Assembly: GCA_002189035.1 (NCBI GenBank)
Contig: NEEC01000008.1
Span: 3,038,001-3,102,000 of the forward strand
DNA from: Utricularia gibba
Lineage: Eukaryota > Plantae > Magnoliophyta
Reading direction: 5' to 3'
DNA: 64,000 nt
Positions 24,189 to 36,886 of this stretch are shown piece after piece. Positions within the stretch are counted from its first letter, which is position 1, and each line of letters opens with the position of its first letter. The translations under genes and the position numbers were made by a program. Below the pieces are notes generated by a model. It worked only from the letters and a program-made list of their open reading frames with translations. It did no database searches and was not told where the DNA came from.

Positions 24189-26377
24189 TTAGGTATATAG
24201 TAGATTTGCATGGACGGAGAATACGGAGTAGACGGGGCGGTGATCGGAAAACCTCGACTCGCCCCTGTTATAGCATATTTGTTTGATCCCTTTGCCTTTC
24301 CAAAGGATCCTGTCACACCTAAAAACATGGTGAACACCTTCAAGCTAATGTCATTTTGGGAAGAAAGATTGTATGTTGTATGTTGATGGGTGGATGAATT
24401 ACCAGGCAGGGTTGCGACGCTTCTGGGAGGATGTCTGAACAACGTAGGAATTTGAATTGGTGAGATACTTGTATGTTGGAGGGAAGAAAATGTCTCCTTC
24501 TTCCCATCCCTGGAATACACCTCCCAGGCCTCGCTCTGCTCTCAACTATTTTCAAAGTGTATATATTTAGTTATGATGTATAGTAATATCAATGATGCTT
24601 GTAAGTTTGTGATGCGGAAATGTACCTCATCTTTGTTAACGAGTTGTCGCCATTCTCGTTTCTCGAGGAGCCCTTGTGTAGCATGGGTGTTCAGGAGTCG
24701 ATAATTCAAGTCCCCGAGCCATATGATGTTACTGTGAAAGAGTCATAATTTTTAAGTATAGAACCAAGAATGGTGCATTGAATAGGCCAAAAAAAAAAAA
24801 AAAAAACTTACTTGTGATCGAGAATTGACTCCGGCGAGGCACCGGAGTTTGAGAATCGAGTTCGCTTTAGAATCTCCATCACGTCGGAGTTTCTGCGGCT
24901 GAGGTCCCCCTCTTTATCGCCGGAAGCGAGATGTGTGCACACGAAGCAGAACGATGTGTCATACAACGTCATACTGATCGAAATTGATCCCTGATTAAAC
25001 ATGATGAATAAATACTAAAGTGTCAAAATAACTTAATAAGGGGAATGGGAGAAATGAACCATCAGTACCTTGTTTCCAAGGCACCCCATTATGCCTGTCC
25101 CAACGCACGATACTTTTACGCCGGAGATGCTCCGGGAAAAATCACGGCGAACCCACACGCAAAGGAATATTCCGACCATCTGCTTGCTCGCAGCAAGAAA
25201 GTACTCATGTTGCTGTAATCTACATTTACGATTCACCACGGCGTGATCCGATGCGGGTGAGCTCTCCTCTCCCTCGCTAGACGAGCATGACTCCGAACTA
25301 GAGCACGACGAAGTCGTCAACACGTTACGGTGATTGGAGGGCAGTTCATAGGATCTACGACTGCCTTTAGAAGACAAGTGTACGCCGCCGTCGTTTTCGT
25401 GTACCCCGTTAAGCGTCCGCCGGATCGACGACAACCAGCGCTGGGCCGGCCCGGGATCCTCCGGCCCGAGCACGTTTCCTGCGTTTAGTGGCACAATTTC
25501 TTGAAACCTGGATACATTACAGTGGTCAGTTTATCACCATACCATAATAACTGGATACTTTTATTATTAAAACTCTATAGAATCAACCCCTCTTACCCTA
25601 GCACATAAATATCAGGAGATATCTCTGGCCTTAGCCAATCTTGAAGGTCCATTTCACATTGAGGGGACTTGCCTCCCACATTCCAGGTTCCTACGAACAT
25701 CCTGCACCCATTTGAATCCGCCCCGTTTGTTAAGAGGAAACCCGGATCCGAAATAAACGTAGCTTAAAAGGCAAGAGTAAAGCAAGTAATATTCCTGCCC
25801 TTTCAAAAAGGTGCATGTGCAGATGGAGAAGTGGGCAATACCATCACACACCTGTGGTTTTTGATGCTCCAGCTAGGTTGGTGGTTGAATATCAGCCGCC
25901 CATTCCCATCTCGCATCTCCACCGTCCGATCATCTGTTCCATTCAATGGCAAGTTAAAGTTAGATGCTAAGCCCTGCAACACTTAATTAAACGCAGCCAT
26001 GTTCTACCCTGCAGGTGCATTCCAAATAAGGGATAGACATGCCAATTATTTAATCTTGCTTCAGTTAACCTTAAACTGATCGTGATTAGTTGATTTTTTT
26101 TTTATTTTGTGTATGTTTTAATGGAAAAGAAGGATCACCGGAAAATCCTGCGGACACGGCCGGGCAGCTCTTCCTTCTCTGTATTGTGGTATGGTGATAG
26201 TCGGAGAGAAATTCGACTCCGCCAGTTCTCATCTTCAGCAATTTTCGCACCAGGGCCTTAGACCATGAGTGCTGAATTACAGAATAAAAAAGATGAAAAA
26301 ATATACATTCTAATTTAAAAAACACTGCATATCGGAAACTAAAATTGGACCTTGGGATTTCCGCCGTCGTCTCTCAT
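24189..26377 (-). CDS. Type I inositol polyphosphate 5-phosphatase (IP5P/CVP2 family)
   Basis: Multi-exon. Start MRDDGGNPK (26377-26351), then [30 protein letters not shown]|[37 protein letters not shown]|GSISISM...[31 protein letters not shown]|CDRILW. The final SDHRPV motif needs one extra T at 24248-24250. Confidence 0.93.
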
Positions 26378-27639
26378 TCCCAGAGCGCGCACGGATTCAA
26401 ATGCGTCAACTCCTGAAAACAAAGGATTAAGCGCGCTAATAAGAACGTTAAGCCCATCGTTAAAGCAATGGAGGTCGAGAATTGACTCATGAAACAGTGG
26501 CGTAAAGGCACAAGCGCGAACATTTCAGATGAACCGTCGGAAGAGAGAATAAACCACGTCGTCGTTTTCAATCAGCACGGGGAGCTATCAGATCAACGAG
26601 AATCTTCTCGATTTTTCGCCTATCTCGCTTTCAGCAACAGATGACGAAGACTGGATAGGAATGTAATTAACAGCAGAATCCAACACACATCTCAGAAATC
26701 AAAAGCATTAACAATCAAACTGCTGCGACGAGAATGTAGAAGCAAGCGTCACCATTATCGTTCACTTACACGAATCAGCGGGCAGCGTCGCTTGCGATCG
26801 TTTCCGAGAACTGAGTCGAATCTAATCAAGTGGATCAAAAAGAGGAATCTCGAATCGTGCACCAGAAGAATGACGAGCGTCGCGGCTCCTGGGAGAAGGG
26901 AAAATGAACTCCTCCCCCAAATTTATAGTGAGTGAATCCAAGTGACGCCGAAAGCGTGTGTGGTGGCGCGTGGTAGGGGCCTCCAGGAGAAATGTTCCAG
27001 TTCTTCTATTCCATTTATTGCGCACAAATACAAGATTTAATATTAAATTTTATTTACACAGTACAAAGTTACACGAGGAACAAATTCCATGTTTTAAAAT
27101 CAAGGTTTCAGTGGTCAATTCAGACCCTTAACCATGGTTAATAAACATAACCCAAACCCCACCTCAGGTTTGTAAGCAGTTAACAAATGTTAAATAAAAA
27201 CACTATAAAAGATGAAATTCCAATCATGCCAAGGCAAAAATCTTGGACCTACTTTTGGGAAAAGAATCAGAAGCACTAATGGTTAGGGGTATTAAGGTCA
27301 TTGCGGTGCCAGAATTTTCATTTTATTTTCTTTTACTTTCAAATAAATTTACTGACTGGGTGGTGGAGTTGGATATGACATGATGAAAATTACTGCAGTA
27401 GTTAATGCTTCATTTAAACTGTAGTTTGACCCCAACGCCTCATACTGTGAGAATTTAATAAATGACTCAACCTTCTTCCCTCTCTATATTTCAATTATTA
27501 AATTCTAAAAAAAACCTTTGCACAATATTAACCTTATTTTTTGTTTCAAAAACTATATTTTTAAATTAATACGTATTTATTGAAATATAATTAACTCAAA
27601 TATATTATTAATCAAACTATTAAACTATCTTGAATATGA

Positions 27640-27791
27640 TTAGAGTATGTTTGATAATATAATATATATGATTTATATATAAATTTACACATAAATTATT
27701 ATTTAATTAATTAGCATATATATGTCATACTTGCATGATTATATAATTTATATATTTGAATTTTTAATATCAAATATCAAACGTTATATAC

Positions 27792-27825
<34 letters not shown>

Positions 27826-27870
27826 ATCATATTATACTTAAACATATTAATAACTTACTATTAAACAAAT
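27640..27870 (-). mobile_element. MITE-like AT-rich repeat family A copy with internal (AT)n
   Basis: Begins GAGTATGTTTGATAAT; interior matches 12283-12412 (inverted) and about 39865-40060; (AT)n near 27797-27822. Confidence 0.55.
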
Positions 27871-30728
27871 TTTTAATTGTTTAAATAAGTGATTCACTTT
27901 AATTACTCATGATTACCCACTGATTAGTGTTTAATTTAGATTTGTATCAACAAATCACTTGTCCTTTTCAAACCATTGACCACTATTTCTAGAGATGGAA
28001 TTTTTCTCCTATATTTGTTTGTTTTTATAATGTTATAATTTATATTAATTATTAAAATAAGCAAGATGTTCACTGTCATTTTATAAAAATAATTAAAAAA
28101 ATTATCTGTCTACATGAGCAGTAATGTCCATTGTTTGTAGCCAATGGTTAGTAGGAACAAGGGACAGCTGGCAGAAATATCATGTAATGATTTAGGTTCA
28201 AATGTCAAAGTACCTAATTCGTGGACAAAAATATCTTGAAAACTGGTGGTGTGGAGACGCTGACCTAAGGAAAGGTTAACAATCCCTCCAGAATTCGGAG
28301 GGTGAAAATATCTGTGAATTTAATAATACCTTCTTTTTTTAGCTTCAGTTGTTGAAGATTTTTTCCATGTATCTGCTCCATCACCATGATGGTGGTGTTA
28401 TAAGGTGGAATCATAAATAATTACCATTTTTTATAATCTTTGATGTTGACATAGTTTCATGCTTGGTTTAATGCTATAGTGTTTATTTAAATATCGTTAA
28501 TTATTAATGTAGTTTAATTAATATGATTCTCTTTTTATAATTTCTGAAAGTGATTTTATTTAATTTTTAATCATTCTATAATAAAATCAGAAATTTATAT
28601 GGTGTGATTAACTTGATAAATTATTGAATTTTTTGAAATATATATTTCAATAAGTAAATAGTATATTAATTCAAAAATTATAATATTTTTTATCTATTTT
28701 AAAAATATATATTATATTATAATATTAAATTTAAATATATTAAACTTTATACTATATATTTTTTAATTTATTAAATTTTATAGTATAAATCTTATATATT
28801 CTATAAAATAGTTTTACAATTTCAAACTAATTCTATTTATATAATCTTAAATTGATTTTATTTTACATAACCTAAATTACAACTTCAAATTAAAAAATAA
28901 GCTCTATGTGTTTAAAATGAAAATGCATTAGATAGTCGAAACGTGTATTCCAATTTTTTATTATTTTTCTAAATGAATTTGGAGCGTATCCAATTTGAAC
29001 ATTTGTGGTGCGTTTAGGTGGGGGATGGATCAAGTCATGTTATCGTGTTGCTAAAAATAGTATAAAGATGAATGGAATTTGGTACGTGTTACGTGGTATG
29101 ACGACTTAGTGGGTGCAAATAATGTACTTTAGGTATTTTTTTAGTAGCAAGATAATCACACCCACACTAGTCCTAATCCTTCAATTACGATAACGATAAT
29201 TAGTATAAATTAAGTTGAAACTTAGAGTTTTTGTATTTATTATTTATGTTTTTTAAACGAGGAAAAATATATGTGGATCAGATTATGAACTTCCCAGTTC
29301 TAGAAGTTTCAGGGGGATCATGACTCATGAGACTTTTGCATCAAAGTCTGTTACTATCTACCAAACTAATGCATTTAGTCTCTACAATGTAAGTAAAACG
29401 GCATGGGTAGTTCCCATTGGCCTTATGGATTCCTACTATTTTAACGTACCAAATACGTTTAGTTTGATATACATGATAAAATTCGTTATTAATTGCCATT
29501 TTTAATTAAAAATCAAATATATTTAGTATCTATTGTATTATTATTTGATTCCTAATGTTTTGTTTAAATATCTAAAAAAAATAATTCTCATGTACTGGAC
29601 CTACTTGCCGCCACCATCGGGCGCCTCGATGAAATTTAGGGCGTATCATCGTTGAGCGTCCGGCGAGCAGGCGGTGGGGTGCCGAAGTCATCGGGGAGCT
29701 ATCGGCGGCGTCCGGTTGCCGGTGATCCGGAAAAAGGAAAAATTAAAATTTGAGAATGAAAATCATTCATTTGATTTTGAAATAATGAGGATTTATTGTA
29801 AATAGTCTTTAAATAATACCAATGAAAAGTAATTTTGGGAATAAATGATACTATTTGAGGAAATAATTGATATTATATATACAATTTTCAAGTATTATTA
29901 ATACTTGAATCTGGGATTTAAATTTATGGGTCTTCCATTTTATTTATTTGATTGAAAGCCCATGTTTTAGTGTGTATGGGCTTTTTTATAGCCCATTTTT
30001 GTAGTACAAATCCTTAAATGGGTCTTTGGTTTTCTAGCCCACTAAAACCTAAGGGATTCAACCATCCCCCACAATGTACACCACTATGAGCTATCACCTC
30101 TTCTAGTGCACAAGAACAAAGTAATGTTATCGATCTTATAAGAGTTAAACTATATTCAAAATAGACAATATCATATAAGAATTGCAAGATCTTCAATATC
30201 CCAAAATGAGGGTTATCTTACAATCCTTTCATGTTTTGGAAGAGCATATCTAAGTAGCATCATATTAGCATACATGCAAACCTACTTACCAAGATTCTAC
30301 TTAAAACAGTTTTATTATCATATATAAATAATTTTTGCAATAAAATATTAATGTAAAAACTTAACTTATATCTTATTCAAAAATTTTCGAAAATTATTTT
30401 TTTTAGAAGTATAGTCAGACGTATCTTTAATTAGGTTATTCTTCTTCTTCAAACGACTCGATTCAATGTAAATGTCGTTTTTGCTTCAAAAACAACAAAA
30501 AAAACTAGCATTATGCACTATGCATGTGCAATGATGTACAAAAACATTTTTGGAAGTACGGCAAGTAGCCCACTTGAAACATTTGTGAATTGAATAATGT
30601 AAGAGGCGTCAAGATCCGACCGCCATTGTTGCATTTTTTTGTCCTTTTTTCCTATAAAAAAATAAAAAATAGAAAATGAATATACGATGTCATGACGGAG
30701 AACCTGATCACAGTATTGGACCGCCACC

Positions 30729-30796
30729 CACGTGAACCGGTCTGGACAGCTCGGAATTCGTATCTCTTAGCCAATCACCGTTCGTTACCCACGTGG
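30729..30796 (+). promoter_or_regulatory. Paired G-box/ABRE-like elements
   Basis: CACGTG at 30729-30734 and CACGTGG at 30790-30796, about 140-205 bp upstream of ATG 30936. Confidence 0.45.
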
Positions 30797-30935
30797 ACAC
30801 ATGGGGCCCACACTCACCTGCTATGACATTTTATTTTCAAAACAAAAAAAAAAACAACAGTTATTCGTCCTGGTTTCCTACTCGTCTTTGGCTTTCTTGT
30901 TTGCGATCACACGTAAGGATCTTGATTTTGCGGCC

Positions 30936-31653
30936 ATGGGATTCCCATCTTCTTCCAATTCTCCCACCCAATACATCTATTTGGTAACTCCCCTTTCATC
31001 TTTAGGGTTTTTTCGTAGGTTCGGTATCATGATTCAGTGTTAGGATTCGTAGCAAAACTGGTTCGGAAATTTGATTCAATCAACATGGGTGTGCCCTGGT
31101 TGGAAGACTTGATGAGTTATTTGTGTGCATGATGAAGCCGTCATCTCATTATGTGAATCGGGGATGCTCTTTATTACAACCAGATTGATTTTATGCAGTA
31201 TTTAAAAACTGCTATTGAATTGTTTTGTACGGACAGAGATCATGTTAAATTTGACAGTGTCGGTGTGTTTTTCCGGTGATGTAGGTTCACAATTTGATAG
31301 AGCAATGCTTGGTGTTCAACTTGAGCAAAGAGGAGTGCATGGAGGCTCTCTCCAAACATGCAAACATCAGTCCTGTTGTTACCTCCACAGGCAATCATTT
31401 CTCAGTGCTTCCTTCTTCTGTCTGTGTATTCAGTTTTCTTCTTTAGACGCCATGATTGCTCGCATTTCGTGCTGGTAATCGTGGAATTTATGGCTTTATG
31501 TGACGGCTGTATGCTTCGATCGGCCTACCGAACTTCATGTGATACTGATTTACAGTGTGGAAGGAGCTGGAGAAGGAAAACAAAGAGTTCTTCGAGTCCT
31601 ACAGTAAAGGAAGAAACCCCGACCAAGTTCTGCGTCCTTCTCCCGGCAAATGA
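30936..31653 (+). CDS. Small plant-specific TIGR01589 (A_thal_3526) domain protein, 83 aa
   Basis: Exons 30936-30983, 31285-31390, 31556-31653 (252 nt): MGFPSSSNSPTQYIYL|VHNLIEQCLVFNLSKEECMEALSKHANISPVVTST|VWKELEKENKEFFESY... Intron 2 has a GC donor. Not visible in the ORF track. Confidence 0.9.
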
Positions 31654-33298
31654 CGCGCCGCCGCCGCCGCCGGGGAATCTGGTGTAGCGTGCACCCGCGT
31701 AAAGGATTCAGTGTCGCTCGCGGACTGGTGGTTACCCTTTTTTGTCTTCGCCTTCGTGATTCTTGATGGATCCCCCCAGTAGGAAAATATATATTTTTTT
31801 CATTGGCAAATTATTCGCTAGAAAACAAAAAATGATATTGCGTCGTATATAATAAATAAAAAACTATACGAAAAAGAGATGCCAACAGTCTTGAGATCAT
31901 TTAAGCTTGGGCTTCATTTGGGCCGACGTTAGCCCGGAGAAGATTCAGCCCAGGCCTGGTTGCGAAAGTTTCAGCGGCAAAATAGGAAAAAAAAAAAAAA
32001 AAGAGAGAAACGCCGGCAACTCTCTGACCGTCGGCCGCCTCTCCGCCGCTTTCTTCTCCGCGTGCTTCCCCGCCGTTTTTCAGTCAATCGGAGAATGAGA
32101 CACGCCAAAGTGGGATCGTACTTCGCAGTAAAGAAATCTCTCACTGTCTGTCTCTTGAATGGAGCATCATTTCCTGCTCAAATTGTCTTTTTGAATGATG
32201 CGTCACGAATGCAATTCCAATGGCGGCGTCAGCATTTCATCTGTCATAATCACTTTTATTAAGAAATACTATCAATTTATTTTGTAAAAAATTCAAGCAT
32301 TTAGAAATATATATTTTTTATTTTTAAAATTATAAATCACAGTTTTTAATCATTTCTAGAAATTAATTTTTGGAATCCGACGTGTCAAATTACACGGCAT
32401 TGTGTCCGTACTCTTCATAGGGTTTGGGCAGGTCATAAGTTATGTTGCCCGGCCACCTAAATAATAAATACTTTTTAATGATATTAATATTTGTCATTAT
32501 GAAATTGCAGCATAGGTTGCCCAGTAGAAACTTAGCACATTTAACATGTCGGGTATACCACATGAACTACCATCGCATGTCTTGTTCTTCAACTTCAAAC
32601 TATCCATGGTGATTGAAAATTTTCCAGATCGACACTCGTTTTTCGGTTTTGGTTTCGGTATGAAAAAATATGAAATTCGATATTTTGATCATTAAACCAT
32701 CTACCAAACATCATCTATATGATCGATAGCAAAATTATTTATGAAATTTTTTTCAAAAAGAAACTATTCAAAACATACTCTTATCAGTTGTAGTTCAGAC
32801 AATGCCATGACTTGGAGTAGTGGGGGCCTGGGGTGCTTGGGGGCGATTCTGAATGTATGCATTATTGCAAAATACTAAAATAGAGGGACCACTTTGTAAT
32901 ATCCACCCTTTGTTCAAATGTCAGGGAGGACTGTTATCTTTCTTTTTAATTTGAGAAAAAGGAGGAGCACCATTTTTTTTATAACAAGGAACTGTGTGGT
33001 GCCGGTTTCGCCATTAATGCGCCTACTAGTACTTCAGCTTTCTTCTCAGTCGCTCGCACGCTCTCCTTGTCTTGAAAACGAACTTTAGTGTTGGTTGTTG
33101 GAGAGTTCTTTTAATGGTACTATTTATCACGTACCTTGTTTCTGTTTCCCCCTTGTTTCTTTCGGTTCTTTGTCTCCATTCATTTGAAAAACGCTGTGTG
33201 AATGAAGGTTTCGTATTCCTGCTCTTTTCTCTTTCTTTTTGTTTCCGCTGTTTACATTTTGGTGTTTGGGCTTCTTTACACGATATTCTGTACAGGAA

Positions 33299-36200
33299 AT
33301 GGGGGAATCACGGCTTAGAAGATCAAGAAGTGTTTCTGGTTTTGAGGGTTGGTTTTCTTCTTTCTTGGAATAGCCTTGTTGTTCCAAAGTTTGAAAATTG
33401 TTGGTGCGATTTTCGTCATTTCATTGTGTGCTTTACAACTGTGACCGTCGTTTTGCTCTGTGCTGAAACACAATCTTTGCTCAGAAATCGAGCCTCCTCT
33501 GTGTTTTTTGGTGATGTTTGAATTGTGTAGAAAGAAAACAGTGTTTCTCTCTTTAAAGAACTTGCATTGCTCTATCTGACTGATGTGTCGTCGCCCCTTT
33601 TTTCTGATTCATATTCTCTTTGTAATATGCCCAAAGCTTTTGTTAAAAGCTGCATTTTTTTAGCTTAACTGCATCTTACCCTTGTGCATTTAAGCTTTAA
33701 CGATTAGAAAAGTGTGCAGTTCTCTGGCTCGTACTTTCTCTTTGTTGGGCTTTTATTGCAAAAAATTCAAACTTCATCATTTTCTTTTGTCCCACTTTAA
33801 GTTTCATCTTTAATGCATGTCTGAACCTACTCTGTTCGAGCAAATGTACTAAATGTTTTACTTGAAACATTCAAAATCTATGTTTTGATTCTGGTTTTGT
33901 TCAAATTATGGACATTTTCAATAGGTAAGAGTCAGAACCAGAACCAGCAGCAGCGATTTACTTCACGGTTGTCCTTAGATTCTCAATTCTGCACAGATGG
34001 GAGCAATATAAACGATGTAATCAGTATTCTTGAACATTTCGTTCCTCTTTTATGCAATGCACAAAATTCTTGGGTGCCTCTATGTTTAAGCTTCCAGCAG
34101 TTGCATTCTTTTGAACTATATAATCTGTTTGAATGATAGAAAATGAAGGAACGTGTGAGTGTATTGATGTATTCTGTGGATAGCATGCCTTGTGTTGAAG
34201 AGCATAGGGCATAAGAATGATTGCAAGTTCACTTGGTTTTTGCAGTTCATTTTTCAGTCTGGGAGGCGCTCCAGTGTTGAAGAGACTGGTTTATCTCTGA
34301 GGAAGGTACTCTCTAAGGAAATGCCGAAAGAGGTTTCACCCAAGAAGCGAACTCTGAGTGTTGTTGCCAAGTTGATGGGAGTTGAAGGACTGCCGTCTCC
34401 AAAATCTTTTCACAGACAACAAGGGAAGTGTTCCAACTTCTACCAACAGAAGAATGATTTAGTGGCTGCTCATGTGAGCTCTCAAATGCATGATCAACAA
34501 GAATTCAAGGATGTGTACGAGGATATTGGAGCGTCACATGTTGGAAACCACAGGTTCTTTCAAAGCTGGAACAAGGGATCAGTGTTTCCAGTTCAGCATA
34601 AGTTATTTGATGCTGAAGAGCAGCAGCTATTCTCAAGTGATGAATCTATTCATCATTTGGAAGACTTGGTTATGAAGCGTTCAAAACCTCCACAGGTTGA
34701 TTCCAAGGGTTCTTATGGCAGCCCTATTGCAGTTTTGAAACCTTTGGGTTCCAACAATTATGAAGTTAGTGCGAAAGCATGGAGACCAGAGAGGGATATT
34801 AAGCACAGAGAAGAACAATTCTATCAATCCAGCGGCTGCCATGGGGCTCGTCTGTATCGAGGTTCAATGGATGAAGGTACTGAGGAAAACGTGCAACCTA
34901 CAAGGATTGTTTTGCTGAAACCAAAACAGGGTAAGATCAAGAATTCAGGGGCATTCTGCTCATCTCCTTCTCTCCCGAGTGGCTATCAGTTTACTTATCA
35001 AAATGTAAGGGAGCCTTTGGATGTTAGAGGTGCTGGAAAAGGGTCGTGGTCTCGGGAAGTTTCTAGGAAAATTGCAATGAGAACCAGAGACATCAGGGAT
35101 GAATCAGTGGATGCAAAATTCACTGCTCTTGGAGGATATATAGGGGATGAGAGCTCATATGAGGAAAGTGAAAGTGATTCTGGAAGTGATTCTGAGATAT
35201 ATCAATCCCCTTACGGAAAACCACTCTGGGAAAATGACTTCTATGGGGATCATCTAATACAGCAGCTAAAAAGTCACAATGTGAGAACCGGAAGACGCAT
35301 CACACATATCAGCGCCTGGAAATGGTGAGAAATGGTGGCACATTAGCTGAAATGCGTACTTCTAATCCCAATGATATGAGTAGCAGTGGTGCATCAAACA
35401 GTCAGTGCGTCAGATATAACAGAAGAATGAGCCACAAGGATGGCTCGAAGGATAACTCAAGCCTGAGTTCATCCAGATCGAGATTACTGTCTAAATCCCT
35501 TGGTGGGATCAGTAACAGGAAGAGCACTCGTCATGCTGAGCTTGAAGAAAACAAGCACGTTCACAACGGTGCTGTATACTCTGACAGAAATAATGCTATG
35601 ATGGGGAAGCTACAGAGTACAGATGATCACTTCTCTAATACTTCAAGTTTCTGTACCAAGAAGCTGCATTCCTGTCGGCACGAGGCAGCCAATGTGACTG
35701 GCTGCTCGGCAAACACTAGTCTCAAGATTCAAACAAGGATATCTTATGCAAGTGCTGCTAGTGACGCTGTGTGTAAAAGCCCCATGTTTGACGGTATGAC
35801 AGTAAACAAGTCTGAGAGCATAATCTTGACTTCAGATTCCTGTCACATGCCATCAAACCATTTATCTGATTTTCGAGAGTGTGATCCTGTTGAAAAAGAC
35901 TCAAACCTCCAGGTTTGGATCCCTACTTCACAGATTAATTTTTCAGCCGTGTTTTTCTGCAATGTCAGTGATGGACATTTTTCAGTTTTCATGACTTGTT
36001 TTCCATTTTTTGTTAGCTTCAGGAGAAACCAGTTCTCCAAGGCTCTCAGCAGGTGGAGCTTCCGAAAGCGAAATCAGATCCATCTGAAAGCTCAAAGGAA
36101 GCTGGTCATCCTAGTCCAGTTTCAGTCCTTGAAGTTCCAAGCCCTGAAGATGCATCTTTTTGTGGAGGTTTCGAAAGAGTTAATGCTGAACTTCGTGGTA

Positions 36201-36886
36201 TGAAACTTTATCTAAATTACAGATTTTTTTCTCCATGAATCAAGTGATTTACATGAATTTCTCATTTTCTCACAGAACTACGAAGGCAATTGCAGTTGCT
36301 CAAAATGGAGTCTCCCACATGTTCTGAGGCACCACCTCCTCTCCTTCCCATTGAGGAGGAAACTACCAGCTCCGTTTCTGACAACTTCCTTGGACTAGAA
36401 TCCGGATCCTGGCAAACATCCTATGCTGCTGATTTACTGAGCAGGGCTGCACTCCAAGATTCCGACTTTGGCATCTACAAGACAAACTGGAACGACCCAA
36501 ATGACCCTATGGACCCAAAGCTATTCGAAGAACTCGAGACAAAGTATAGCAATGGACAGATGGGATCCAAGTCTGAAAGAAAGCTACTTTTCGATACAAT
36601 AAAGTCATCCCTGTTGGAGATCTTCCAGCTCCACGTGGATTCATTCCCTTGGGTGAGGCCTAAACTGGTCGACTTGTACACCAAATCTGAGAAAGAGGCA
36701 GTTCGTGATGCCATGGACGCACTGATGAGCCGAGACTTCTCCGACATGGAAGCATCAGAGATTGGAGACCTGGACAAGGAAATGGAGTGGTCAGATGTGG
36801 AAGGAGAAATCAACCTTATAGGAACTGAAATGGAGAGAATGTTGATACATGACATGATATCTGACTTATGCTCTCTTTACCAGTAA
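33299..36886 (+). CDS. TRM: TON1-recruiting-motif (TRM) / DUF3741-DUF4378 protein, about 861 aa after correcting one frameshift
   Basis: Exons 33299-33338, 33925-34016, 34246-35912, 36023-36197, 36276-36886. Motifs SVVAKLMGVEGLP, QEFKDVYE, PTRIVLLKP, GGTLAEM, HPSPVSVLE, SERKLLFDTI, IGTEMERMLIHDMISDL. One extra G at 35245-35248 makes the total 2586 nt. First exon less certain. Confidence 0.88.

Noticed and set aside
27375-27460. C/D box snoRNA (ATGATGA near 27380)
   Set aside because: No D box or terminal stem found.
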